A stretch of 64,000 nucleotides of DNA from Eubacteriales bacterium (lineage in GTDB: Bacteria; Bacillota; Clostridia; Lachnospirales; Lachnospiraceae), in contig JAUNOY010000001.1 of assembly GCA_030536995.1 (NCBI GenBank), positions 35,274 through 99,273 on the forward strand, read 5' to 3'. Position numbers and translations under genes: made by a program. Position 1 is the stretch's first letter. The number at the start of each line of letters is the position of its first letter. The notes under the pieces are model-generated. The model saw only the letters and a program-made list of their open reading frames with translations. It did not search any database and was not told the origin of the DNA. Positions 28,288 through 36,909 of the stretch are shown here, piece after piece.

Positions 28288-29208
28288 CTATTTTTTTTGC
28301 AGTTGCGTATTTAAAACGTATTCAGAATCGGATCTGACAACAGCAAGTTCTGCAAACTTCTGCATCTGAGGAGTCACCCATTTGCTCTGATGATAAAAAA
28401 GCTGGCTGTACATCACTACCTGCGGAAGATTTGTATGAATTTGGCACAGCTTTTTCTGCTCTAAGTCTTTTTTCACCGTAAATTCCGGCAAAAAGGAATA
28501 TCCCATTCCTCGTTTCAGCAGTTTAATTATCGTATCTGTATTCCCCAGTTCCAGAATCGGATGAATCTCCAGTTCGGCTTCTGCAAGAAGGCGCTCCAAT
28601 TCATATTGATAAGCCGCACCTCTCTCTGTCAGAATAAAAGGTTTCTGAATCAGTTCCTCTATGGGAATGCTCTCTGTTTCCGCTATTTTCTGATCATAAA
28701 GTGTTACAAATACTATTTTTTCTTTTTTCTGTGCTGCACACTTCCATTCAGATTTACAGATTTTGCAGTCCAGCGTGTACAACAAATCAATCTCATTTTG
28801 ACGGGCCATTTCCATAAGTTCTTCAACTGTGCCGGACTTCATCAACAATTTCACTTTCGGATACTGTTTATGAAAAGAATAAATCATCTCAGGCAAAATC
28901 GCAGTACTGACCGACTCGACACCGCCAATTCTCAAACTCCCCTCCAGTTCTCCTTCTATATTTGCAAAAGTAAGCGCCTGATTCATTAAACGCACAATTT
29001 CATTTGCATAAGAAGTAAATTCCATTCCTCTTTCTGTAAGTGAAATTTTTTTTCCTATTCTCTCAAATAGTTGAACCCCCAGTTCTTTTTCAAGCTGACG
29101 AATCTGTACTGTCACTGCAGATTGTGAATATCCAAGTATTCTGGCTGCCCTTGAAATATTTTGTGTAGCTGCAACTTTCAAAAATGTGTTTATAGTTCTT
29201 AATTCCAT
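28288..29208 (-). CDS. LysR-family transcriptional regulator
   Basis: 306 aa. The N-terminal wHTH (FLKVAATQNISRAARILGYSQSAVTVQIRQLE) is typical of LTTRs. It is divergent from the decarboxylase gene. Confidence 0.9.
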   Translation of the reverse strand: MELRTINTFLKVAATQNISRAARILGYSQSAVTVQIRQLEKELGVQLFERIGKKISLTERGMEFTSYANEIVRLMNQALTFANIEGELEGSLRIGGVESVSTAILPEMIYSFHKQYPKVKLLMKSGTVEELMEMARQNEIDLLYTLDCKICKSEWKCAAQKKEKIVFVTLYDQKIAETESIPIEELIQKPFILTERGAAYQYELERLLAEAELEIHPILELGNTDTIIKLLKRGMGYSFLPEFTVKKDLEQKKLCQIHTNLPQVVMYSQLFYHQSKWVTPQMQKFAELAVVRSDSEYVLNTQLQKK

Positions 29209-29249
29209 ATCTGCCCCTGTTAATTAATATTTTTCATATATAATATAAA

Positions 29250-29270
29250 ATATATGAATTTTACATATAT
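29250..29270. promoter_or_regulatory. Inverted repeat in the divergent LysR/decarboxylase intergenic region, candidate LTTR box
   Basis: ATATATG-N7-CATATAT, a perfect 7 bp inverted repeat that is T-N11-A compatible. Confidence 0.35.
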
Positions 29271-29310
29271 GTCTTCTTAGTGTAAACTAAGTTCAGTTTC
29301 ATGTAAAGAA

Positions 29311-29318
29311 TGTATAAT
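29311..29318 (+). promoter_or_regulatory. Extended -10 element for the decarboxylase gene
   Basis: TGTATAAT (TGnTATAAT) lies 35 nt upstream of the ATG. RBS AGGAGG at 29336-29341. Confidence 0.45.
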
Positions 29319-29352
29319 GTAATAATTTTTCATTCAGGAGGACTTATCTATT

Positions 29353-30798
29353 ATGATTAACAGTGAAAATGTTTTAAATACAGCACAACTGGAAGAAATC
29401 GTTCAGTCTTTTGTACATAAATTCTGCCAGGAAAAACGCGATATCCATTCCCAGAATGTCACCTGGTATACTGACGAAGAGCAGACAGCAAAAATCCGCC
29501 AGATCGGCATCTCCCGCGATGGTCGCCCTGCTGCTGAAGTAGTAGAAGAAATGATGAAAGAAGTTTATAGATACAGAGGAGACGGCAACCATCCCCGCTT
29601 CTTTGGTTTTGTTCCAGGTCCCGCCTCTTCCATCTCATGGCTTGGAGATATCATGACTGCAGCCTACAACATCCACGCCGGCGGATGCAAACTGGCTCCT
29701 ACTGTCAACTGCATCGAGCAGGAAGTCATTCGCTGGCTCTGTGCACAGGCAGGTTTTACAGAACATCCGGGCGGCGTATTTGTCAGCGGCGGCTCCATGG
29801 CAAATATTACCGCTCTTACAGCGGCACGTGACTGCAAACTTAACGATGAAACCATGCATCTCGGCGTTGCCTATATCTCCGATCAGACACACAGCTCCGT
29901 CGCAAAGGGATTACGTATTATCGGAATTCCTCAGAGCAGAATCCGGACCATCCCTACAAACAGCCATTTCCAAATGAAAATCAAAGATTTAAAAGAAGCA
30001 ATTTCAGCAGACAAAGAAGCCGGTCTGATTCCTTTTGCAGTAATCGGAACTGCAGGAACGACAAACACCGGAAGTATCGATTCTCTTCCGGAAATAGCTT
30101 CCGTCTGCAAAGAACATAATCTCTGGTTCCACATTGACGGAGCCTACGGCGCTTCCGTACTCCTCAGCCCTAAATACCGTCAGCTTCTGAATGGAACTGA
30201 ACTTGCCGACAGCATCAGCTGGGACGCTCATAAATGGCTATTCCAGACTTATGGCTGCGCTATGGTTCTTGTAAAAGATATCCGCCATTTGTTCCACAGC
30301 TTCCATGTAAATCCTGAGTACCTTCAAGATATTGAAGGTGACAGCGAGCACATCAATCCATGGGATATCGGTATGGAACTCACCCGCCCCGCACGCGGTC
30401 TGAAGTTATGGCTTACTCTCCAGGTTCTCGGCACAGATCTTATCGGAAGCGCAATTGAACACGGTTTTGACCTTGCCTCCTGGGCTGAAGAAGCTCTTCG
30501 TGAACTGGATTACTGGGAAATCGTTTCCCCTGCCCAGCTTGCCATGGTTAATTTCCGCTATGCTCCGGGTGACCTGACAGAAGAAGAAACAAATCTTTTA
30601 AATGAAAAGCTTTCTGAACGCATTCTGGGAACCGGATATGCGGCAGTTTTCACAACTGTATTAAACGGAAAAAAAGTTCTTCGCATTTGCGCACTCCATC
30701 CCGAAACCACACGGGAAGATATGAGGACGACAATCCATATGCTCAATAATTTTGCCCAGCAACTTCATGCAGAGCTTCTCGAAAAAAGCAAAAAATAA
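29353..30798 (+). CDS. Group II PLP-dependent aromatic-L-amino-acid decarboxylase (tryptophan/tyrosine decarboxylase-like)
   Basis: 481 aa with [31 protein letters not shown] and the S-W-D-A-H-K-W PLP-lysine motif. Overall organisation matches the DDC/TyrDC/TrpDC family. Confidence 0.85.
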   Translation: MINSENVLNTAQLEEIVQSFVHKFCQEKRDIHSQNVTWYTDEEQTAKIRQIGISRDGRPAAEVVEEMMKEVYRYRGDGNHPRFFGFVPGPASSISWLGDIMTAAYNIHAGGCKLAPTVNCIEQEVIRWLCAQAGFTEHPGGVFVSGGSMANITALTAARDCKLNDETMHLGVAYISDQTHSSVAKGLRIIGIPQSRIRTIPTNSHFQMKIKDLKEAISADKEAGLIPFAVIGTAGTTNTGSIDSLPEIASVCKEHNLWFHIDGAYGASVLLSPKYRQLLNGTELADSISWDAHKWLFQTYGCAMVLVKDIRHLFHSFHVNPEYLQDIEGDSEHINPWDIGMELTRPARGLKLWLTLQVLGTDLIGSAIEHGFDLASWAEEALRELDYWEIVSPAQLAMVNFRYAPGDLTEEETNLLNEKLSERILGTGYAAVFTTVLNGKKVLRICALHPETTREDMRTTIHMLNNFAQQLHAELLEKSKK

Positions 30799-30802
30799 TA
30801 AA

Positions 30803-30845
30803 GAATCCCGAACAGATTACCTCTCTGTTCGGGATTATCTTGTAT
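30803..30845 (+). terminator. Terminator after the decarboxylase gene
   Basis: Stem GAATCCCGAACAG (30803-30815) pairs with CTGTTCGGGATT (30825-30836), followed by a moderately T-rich tail. Confidence 0.55.
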
Positions 30846-30847
30846 TA

Positions 30848-31003
30848 TTACGCTTTAAAAGGTTTACTTGTTTTCTGCATCCAGACTGTAATATCCCTGT
30901 CTATTTCAGAAATTCTCCGAAGGGCTGTTTCCGCTTCTTCCGCCCGTCCATCTCTGACGGGTTCATATAAATAACGGTGATACGGCACTGTAGAAAGCCA
31001 CAT
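30848..31003 (-). CDS. Hypothetical 51 aa protein (not in the ORF track, which omits ORFs under 60 aa)
   Basis: ATG 31003 follows GGGGAGGAGACA. Translation: MWLSTVPYHRYLYEPVRDGRAEEAETALRRISEIDRDITVWMQKTSKPFKA. No family recognised. Confidence 0.3.
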   Translation of the reverse strand: MWLSTVPYHRYLYEPVRDGRAEEAETALRRISEIDRDITVWMQKTSKPFKA

Positions 31004-31110
31004 TGTCTCCTCCCCGTCTGGAAATCAGATAAGAAAAATGTAGATAAGGAATGGTTGCAAGCATGGAACAAATCTGTCCGCTCTGGGAAATAAGACCAAT
31101 GTTCCCCTTT

Positions 31111-31603
31111 TTAGACTTTCTGGCTGAGGCCCACCTGAAGAGCTTTCTTGTTAAACTCTACCATCTTTTCTCCTTTAGGTGCAAAATATTCTTCCAGAGC
31201 AACTTCTGCCGCTTCAGTGGAAACCATCGGCACATGGGATAAAATAACTCCTACCATTACCACATTCGCCGCTCGGACATTTCCCAGTTCCGCCGCAATT
31301 TCTGTTACCGGAGCATATACCACATGAATGTCATCTCTTGTATTTTCTTTGTGGATCAGGGAACTGTTTACAAACAAATATCCGCCGGATTTCAGTTTAT
31401 CATAAAATTTTCACATAAGAAGGTTCATTAAATACGACCAGTACATCCGGTTCATCTATATAAGGACTTCCTATTTCTTCATCTGCAATTTTCACGGAAC
31501 AGTTTGCTGTACCGCCCCTCATTGTTCCTCCATAAGATGGAAGCCAGCAAGTCTGTTTATCCGCTCTCAGTGCTGCATTTGCCAGTATCACGCCTGCAGC
31601 CAT
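31111..31603 (-). pseudogene. 2-oxoacid:ferredoxin oxidoreductase gamma subunit, N-terminally truncated or fused and frameshifted
   Basis: MAAGVILANAALRADKQ..LPSYGGTMRGG..DVLVVFNEPSY is read in frame with the beta remnant. The continuation KFYDKLKSGGYLFVNSSLIH...ELGNVRAANVVMVG is in another frame. The shift maps to the A4T4 run at 31404-31411. Confidence 0.8.
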
Positions 31604-32317
31604 CACTCCAAGAGGATAGTATTTAACAGTTTCTTCTGCAATGTGTTTCATAGAGGCAACAGGACTCAAGTGCCAGTTTGTGGAACATGGGGATAAAATT
31701 TCCACCATAGCAAATCCATCTCCGTTTAACTGCTTTTCAAGAGCTTCTCTGATATAATTTTTTGTTTTATTGATTTCTGCAATATTATGAACAGAACCAC
31801 GGGCAATATAGGCAACCGGTAAAACCGCCAGCATTTCAGAAAGCTTAATCGGCATACCTGCCAGAGACGAATCTTTGCCAAAGGGTGATGTTGCAGTTTT
31901 CTGATTCGGCAGTGTGGTCGGAGCCATCTGCCCTCCTGTCATACCATACATTCCATTGTTAACAAAAATTGTCGTTATTTTTTCATTTCTTGCAGCTGCA
32001 TGAATGATTTCCGCTGTACCGATTGAGGAAATATCTCCGTCCCCCCTGATAGGTGAGAACTACCTTCTCCGGTCTGAGACGCTTTATCCCCGTTGCAACA
32101 GCAGGAGAACGTCCGTGAGGTCCCAAAATTTTATCTACCTGAAAATAAGTACTCATAATACAAGAGCAACCTACTGCTACTGCGATGATTGTTTTTTCTC
32201 TACTTCCATTTCTTCCAGATTTTCTGCAAGAATGCGATTGATAATGCCGTGACCGCAGCCAGCGCAGAAACCGGAGGTTGGATTTAATATTCCAGGCGCT
32301 TTAAATGTTTTACTCAT
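31604..32317 (-). pseudogene. 2-oxoacid:ferredoxin oxidoreductase beta (TPP-binding) subunit with two frameshifts
   Basis: ATG 32317 behind AAGGAGG gives MSKTFKAPGILNPTSGFCAGCGHG..EVEKK. The conserved IIAVAVGCSC...TYQGDGD segment is then out of frame. Frame is regained for ISSIGTAEIIHAAARNEKITTIFVNNGMYGMTGGQ. The shifts fall in homopolymers 32192-32197 and 32041-32046. Confidence 0.85.
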
Positions 32318-32353
32318 CTAAAATACCTCCTTTTCTTTCCCGTCTAAGATGTT

Positions 32354-33379
32354 CTAAACCATTTCAAGAATTTTCTGCTCTTTCGACGGCGTCATTCCTG
32401 TTGGCATCAGATAAACAGGTTTCTCTCCATGTACGGCTAAGGCAACATCTTCTACCATCTGTCCGATTGCGCTCATTTCTACAGACAGGAAGGCTTTTGC
32501 AGTTTTACGAACTTCTTTGAAAACATCCATGAGGAACGGCCATAAGGAAATCGGTCTTAACAACCCTATTTTAAACCCTTTTTCCCTTCCCATTCTGACT
32601 GCACGTTTACAGATTCTGGCGGAAATTCCGTATGCTACCAAAACAACGTCTGCCTGATATTTTTCATAACGCTGTTCATTCTCACGCATCTTTCTGTATT
32701 TTTCCTGAATAAAAGTATCATACTGAGGTCCGTCATATGCGGCGGTGCAGTAATATCTGGCTTTTCCTTCTCCCATGCCTTTCAATGCCCACGGCTTTTC
32801 CGGATCTACCGGCTACATTTCCGGAAGTTCGACTCCTCCCATCATTTGTCCAAGCGCGCCGTCTGTGAGGAGAATAACAGGTGTAAGATATTCTTCTGCT
32901 TTATCAAATGCCAGCGCGATCAGGTCAACACTCTCCTGAATCGTGTGAGGTGCAAATACAGGGAGCTGATAATCCCCATGACCTCCGCCCTTGGTAGCCT
33001 GAAAATAATCTCCCTGTTCCGGGGAAATAAGTCCTAAACCACTTCCGTAACGACAGACATCTACAATAACTGCCGGAAGGTTCGGGGATGCAATGTAGGA
33101 AATGCCTTCCTGTTTCAGTGAAAAGCCCGGATCTGAAGATGCTGTGATAACTCTGTATCCGGTGCTTGCAGCTCCAAACAGCATTGAAATTGCAGAAACC
33201 TCGCTCTCTGCCTGAATATAACTTCCGCCTACCTGCGGCATTCTACCTGAAAGATATTCCATGATTTCTGTCTGAGGGGTAATCGGGTAACCGCAGTACA
33301 GACGACATCCAACACGAACAGTCGCTTCTGCCAAAGCTTCATTGCCCTTCATTAAAATTTTCTTTCCCAAATCCAGCAC
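32354..33379 (-). pseudogene. 2-oxoacid:ferredoxin oxidoreductase alpha subunit interrupted by an in-frame TAG
   Basis: ORFs 32813-33379 and 32354-32785 are in the same frame. Reading through gives ...GGVELPEM-TAG-PVDPEKPWALKGMGEG.... The stop codon is at 32813-32815. Confidence 0.85.
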
Positions 33380-33385
33380 CTCCTT

Positions 33386-33586
33386 TTAATTAATCTCGAA
33401 TACAATATCCGGGCATATGGTATAACACATACCGCATCCAACACATTTCTCTTCATCTACCTGAACATAGACAATTCCCTGAGCATTCATTTTTTCTGAA
33501 AAAGAAAGGGCTCCTTTTTTACACGTTTCCACACAATACCCGCAGCCCTTACAGCGTTCCTCATGTATTACAATTGCCATTTCCAT
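33386..33586 (-). CDS. 2x[4Fe-4S] ferredoxin (delta subunit of the oxidoreductase)
   Basis: 66 aa with two CxxCxxCxxxCP motifs (CKGCGYCVETC, CVGCGMCYTICP). Intact. Confidence 0.85.
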   Translation of the reverse strand: MEMAIVIHEERCKGCGYCVETCKKGALSFSEKMNAQGIVYVQVDEEKCVGCGMCYTICPDIVFEIN

Positions 33587-33613
33587 CCTCCTTCTCTGAA
33601 TTTGTCTGTTTGT

Positions 33614-33638
33614 AATTGGTATATTGATTCTACCAATT
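33614..33638. promoter_or_regulatory. Perfect 8 bp inverted repeat upstream of the oxidoreductase operon, candidate operator
   Basis: AATTGGTA-N9-TACCAATT overlaps a TGGTAGAAT -10-like element on the minus strand. Confidence 0.3.
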
Positions 33639-33910
33639 TGTTCAAAAAAACTTCACGCGCGTTTATTATTTAATTGGATTTCACTATGTTTTTGCATTTT
33701 AGCCAACACTAATTGTGCAATTTACACATATTTTGTAAATGTTATTTTTGCAACAATCTTTTGTCAGAATGTTTTATCAATTATTGGTTCAATCATTAAC
33801 TCTATGCAGATATTTTACAGCCCACGTGAGTTCCGGCGTTGGATTCGAGTCAGCCTTGACTGGCGTAACTCTTATTCAGTTCTCTGCACATCGTAAAATC
33901 CCTTAAATAG

Positions 33911-33950
33911 AAAAAAAAGACAGGGTGCATATCATTTGATATGTTCCCTG
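33911..33950 (-). terminator. Rho-independent terminator after the Cys-rich orphan gene
   Basis: CAGGGAACATATCA pairs with TGATATGCACCCTG (two mismatches). On the minus strand it is followed by T8. Confidence 0.8.
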
Positions 33951-33967
33951 CGTTTTACAGATATTAC

Positions 33968-34879
33968 TCAGAATAAATCCAGCATAGCGTCCAAATATAT
34001 TTTTTCTCTAACATGCAGTTGATACTCCGGTTTCGTCATATAGAAGAGCAGAAATTCCAGAATCAAAGCGCTTCCAAGTCCCCTGCCTTCGATTTTAAAA
34101 TTATTAAATCCCATTGGCAAGTAGATATTTTTTATATCATCTGTTCCAATAAAACCCGGATTTTCCATTGCTTTAGAAAAGCGATAGCCTTCCCTTGCAT
34201 CCGGAGCCATACAGCGGTGATCCGGACAGTTTTCTCCAAGATTTTTGCGGCTGACTGCCTCGTAACAAAGCTTCCTCTCCCTGCATCCAAACCAACAGCA
34301 TTCATTGCACAAGAATTCCACTTTCTCTTTCTGGTTTTGAGACAGTGTATTCCACTTTCCCCAAGCCTTATTTAACCGAAAATCCGGTACAACGTAGAGA
34401 AATTCATCCCTCTTTATCTCATTCACCAGTTCCTCAAAATCTGTCAGCACCTTTGTCGTAGAGGAAACAAAATATAGTTTCGGATAATTCCTTTTCAGAT
34501 AATCTAACAGTAAATCTGAATGTACAATAACGCCATTTCGTTTTCCCTGAAGTTCTGAAAACAACGTACACAAAGTATTGCATTTCTTATCCGAAAGATG
34601 CTCTTCTCTCAAAAGAGAGTTGCTGAATGTTAATCGGGCTGAAATTCCGTATTCCCTCATCAGAGCCAGAATCTCCTGCGGACTGCAGTCTCCTCCTCCG
34701 ACACGCCCTCCGCCCCAGATACAATCTGCCGGAGCACCATAAACAGAGCCAATCTCACACCAATCGTAAAAATATTCCCTGTGCTCACGATATAACGGCA
34801 AAAACACACAATACAGTTCATAGAATTCAAACAAACCGGGGAGGTGGTAGTATACCGTATCTTTTTTTAATTTATCCAT
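33968..34879 (-). CDS. Hypothetical Cys-rich protein (possible Fe-S, U32-peptidase-like?)
   Basis: 303 aa from MDKLKKD (ATG 34879, AAGGAAA RBS); an alternative start is at 34936. It has a cysteine cluster CNECCWFGCRERKLCYEAVSRKNLGENCPDHRC. It is monocistronic, with its own extended -10 (TGATATAAT, 35014-35022) and terminator. Confidence 0.5.
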   Translation of the reverse strand: MDKLKKDTVYYHLPGLFEFYELYCVFLPLYREHREYFYDWCEIGSVYGAPADCIWGGGRVGGGDCSPQEILALMREYGISARLTFSNSLLREEHLSDKKCNTLCTLFSELQGKRNGVIVHSDLLLDYLKRNYPKLYFVSSTTKVLTDFEELVNEIKRDEFLYVVPDFRLNKAWGKWNTLSQNQKEKVEFLCNECCWFGCRERKLCYEAVSRKNLGENCPDHRCMAPDAREGYRFSKAMENPGFIGTDDIKNIYLPMGFNNFKIEGRGLGSALILEFLLFYMTKPEYQLHVREKIYLDAMLDLF

Positions 34880-35073
34880 CTTATTATTTCCTTGGTTTTT
34901 CTTTCTTAAAAAGTGAATATATTGACTTTCATTCATTACAAGTTATGCTTCCATCTCAATCATATCAAATTCCTCATCATGCAGCTTCCACCTTTCCGTC
35001 TTTTTGTATACAGATTATATCACAGACTGTACACTTTTCTCTTTCTCAAATTCGATGTAATGAAACTTGTTAT

Positions 35074-36012
35074 TTATGACATACAATTCATAACCACACT
35101 GATCATCATTTCCTTTTCTTCCGGTCTGGATTCTGCAATCATAATTGTCAATGCAACTAAAGTAGCATCTTCTATTTTCTTTTGCCCATCTACAAATAAA
35201 GCTTCATTTTTATCAAGAAAATAAAGAAACATTGTTGCAGCAATTCTTTTATTTCCATCGAAAAAACTATGATTCTTAGTTACAAAATATAGCAGATTTG
35301 CAGCTTTTTCTTCCAAAGATTCATAGACATCCATTCCTTCAAATGACTGATAAATATTTCCGATGCTGCCTTTAAAAGAGTCATCCTTTTCTTTACCAAA
35401 CAGATCTGATTCATCCCCAAATCGCATACTTTGAATTACATCCATACATTCCTCATAGGAAAGAACATACGTTGCACGATTCCCTTCAGGTCGTGTCATA
35501 TTCTGGTGATCATATGAATCCAACAAATCTAACGCATTACTGTATTTTTCTATTACAGAAAGAACCTGTCTGCTGTCCAACTCGTTTTCGGTCCGCTTCA
35601 TAATTCGTATCACCTCACCTAACTGCCTGATACGATTATCGTTTACTGCATAACCTTTTAATATGTATTGCTTAAGAACAGAATTTGACCAACGCCGGAA
35701 TTCAACACCTCGTTTTGATTTTACACGATAGCCAACAGAAATGATAACATCCAGATTATAATATTCAATTTGTCGTTCTACTTCACGTTCACCCTCTTTT
35801 TGAACTGTCGCAAATTTTGCGACAGTTGCCTTTTCATATTCCAACTCTTCTTTTAAGGCATTATTAATATGTTTACCAATTGTCTTTATATCCCTATCAA
35901 AAAGTTCAGCCATTTGATTTCTATTCAACCAAACCGTTTCATTATCTACCGCTACAGGAATTGTTATCATTTTATCTTCTGTTTCAAATATTACAATTTC
36001 ATTTTTGTTCAT
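35074..36012 (-). CDS. RhuM-family N-terminal domain fused to a Doc-type Fic domain (death-on-curing family toxin)
   Basis: 312 aa. The N-terminus has the RhuM-like WLNRNQMAELFDRDIKTIGKHI...YYNLDVIISVGYRVKS. The C-terminus carries the Doc signature HSFFDGNKRIAA (H-x-F-x-D-G-N-K-R). Confidence 0.8.
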   Translation of the reverse strand: MNKNEIVIFETEDKMITIPVAVDNETVWLNRNQMAELFDRDIKTIGKHINNALKEELEYEKATVAKFATVQKEGEREVERQIEYYNLDVIISVGYRVKSKRGVEFRRWSNSVLKQYILKGYAVNDNRIRQLGEVIRIMKRTENELDSRQVLSVIEKYSNALDLLDSYDHQNMTRPEGNRATYVLSYEECMDVIQSMRFGDESDLFGKEKDDSFKGSIGNIYQSFEGMDVYESLEEKAANLLYFVTKNHSFFDGNKRIAATMFLYFLDKNEALFVDGQKKIEDATLVALTIMIAESRPEEKEMMISVVMNCMS

Positions 36013-36244
36013 ACTCTTCCTCCAATTCTATCCCTTTTTCTCTCAATATCTGCTGCACCTTAACATAATATGTAATTAATCTAAGTACATACTCCGGCAT
36101 TTGTCTTCTTCCTGCCTCCCACTCCTCTAATGTTCTTAAAGGAATATCCATATACCGTGAAAATTCCGTTCTGTTCATATCTAACATCTCACGAATTCCC
36201 TTTAACGTACAAATCTGTTTTTCAATACTCTCTTTTTTATCCAT
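35999..36244 (-). CDS. XRE/MqsA-like HTH protein, putative antitoxin and autoregulator
   Basis: 81 aa from MDKKESI (ATG 36244, AAGGAG RBS). The HTH region is MNRTEFSRYMDIPLRTLEEWEAGRRQMP. Its 3' end overlaps the toxin start by 14 nt. Confidence 0.7.
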   Translation of the reverse strand: MDKKESIEKQICTLKGIREMLDMNRTEFSRYMDIPLRTLEEWEAGRRQMPEYVLRLITYYVKVQQILREKGIELEEEYEQK

Positions 36245-36278
36245 CTCGCACTCCTTACGAACCACTCATTGCGTGTAT

Positions 36279-36307
36279 ATCATATCACAAAATATAAATA
36301 AATACAA
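36279..36307 (-). promoter_or_regulatory. SigA-type promoter of the HTH/RhuM-Doc operon
   Basis: On the minus strand: TTGTAT (36307-36302), a 17 nt spacer, then TATGAT (36284-36279). Confidence 0.45.
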
Positions 36308-36357
36308 TATTTTTCATTTTCTATTGACTTATTCTAATACATTATGTACACTTAATA

Positions 36358-36909
36358 TTAAGAAATGAGTTTTACGACCGTACAGTTTTTACTCAAGCGG
36401 GCTACTCGTTTCTTTTTTGTTCTCAGAAAATCATACAAATATAACTTTCCGTCTTCGTCATGTCTTACCAACATTCTCATTCTGAAAACATTATATCTCT
36501 CTATTTCTCCATAATCATTATAGACAGGCAACGCTAATCGAGTATCATATCTATACCAGCCATATTTTGCTTTGCTTCCATGTTTTGCTTTAAAATCCTC
36601 TGATATAACTTTATTTTCTGCAATTTGAATCAATTCACAAATTGCCTGTGAAGCATTTGCTTTTGCTTTTAAGTTTGAACCTTTTAAAATCGTTTTATCT
36701 TTTCCGTGTGTAAATTCATCAGGAAAATCTCATCCAATATATATTTTCTCCGCTGTTTCAGTAATTTCCGAATATTCTCCAATGTATTCTTTCAAATAGT
36801 CTTCAATTTCCTTCCATTCTTCTTTCCTCTTTCCTTTAAATCTTATATCATTGATTAGGACAATTTTCTTTCCTTCGGGATCTGTAATTATTGTTACATT
36901 TTTGTCCAA
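36358..36909 (-). pseudogene. Mobile-element-type protein fragment interrupted by an in-frame TGA
   Basis: TTG 36909 behind GGAGGT gives (M)DKNVTIITDPEGKKIVLINDIRFKGKRKEEWKEIEDYLKEYIGEYSEITETAEKIYIG-TGA(36730-36732)-DFPDEFTHGKDKTILKGSNLKAKANASQAICELIQIAENK...AKYGWYRYDTRLALPVYNDYGEIERYNVFRMRMLVRHDEDGKLYLYDFLRTKKK. All of this is in one frame. Confidence 0.6.

Noticed and set aside
31404-32197. The three frameshifts in the oxidoreductase genes considered as mere homopolymer sequencing errors.
   Set aside because: Not fully excluded, since all three fall in runs. However, the same operon also has a TAG substitution and an apparent deletion, which homopolymer error cannot produce. The other roughly 60 genes, which contain many longer A/T runs, are all intact. 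This is kept as a caveat in the finding.
32813-32815. The in-frame TAG in the oxidoreductase alpha subunit, and the in-frame TGA at 36730-36732, considered as programmed recoding (pyrrolysine or selenocysteine).
   Set aside because: No pyl or sel genes and no PYLIS- or SECIS-like context were noticed. Neither position is a known Pyl or Sec site in these families. Both genes sit in a region with other inactivating lesions. Ordinary nonsense mutations are the simpler reading.
33835-33885. A tRNA-fragment-like sequence (..GGATTCGAGTC..) that might mark an old integration site.
   Set aside because: It does not fold into a T-arm (GGTTCGAATCC-type). No acceptor or anticodon arms can be drawn, and no matching direct repeat exists at the other island border.
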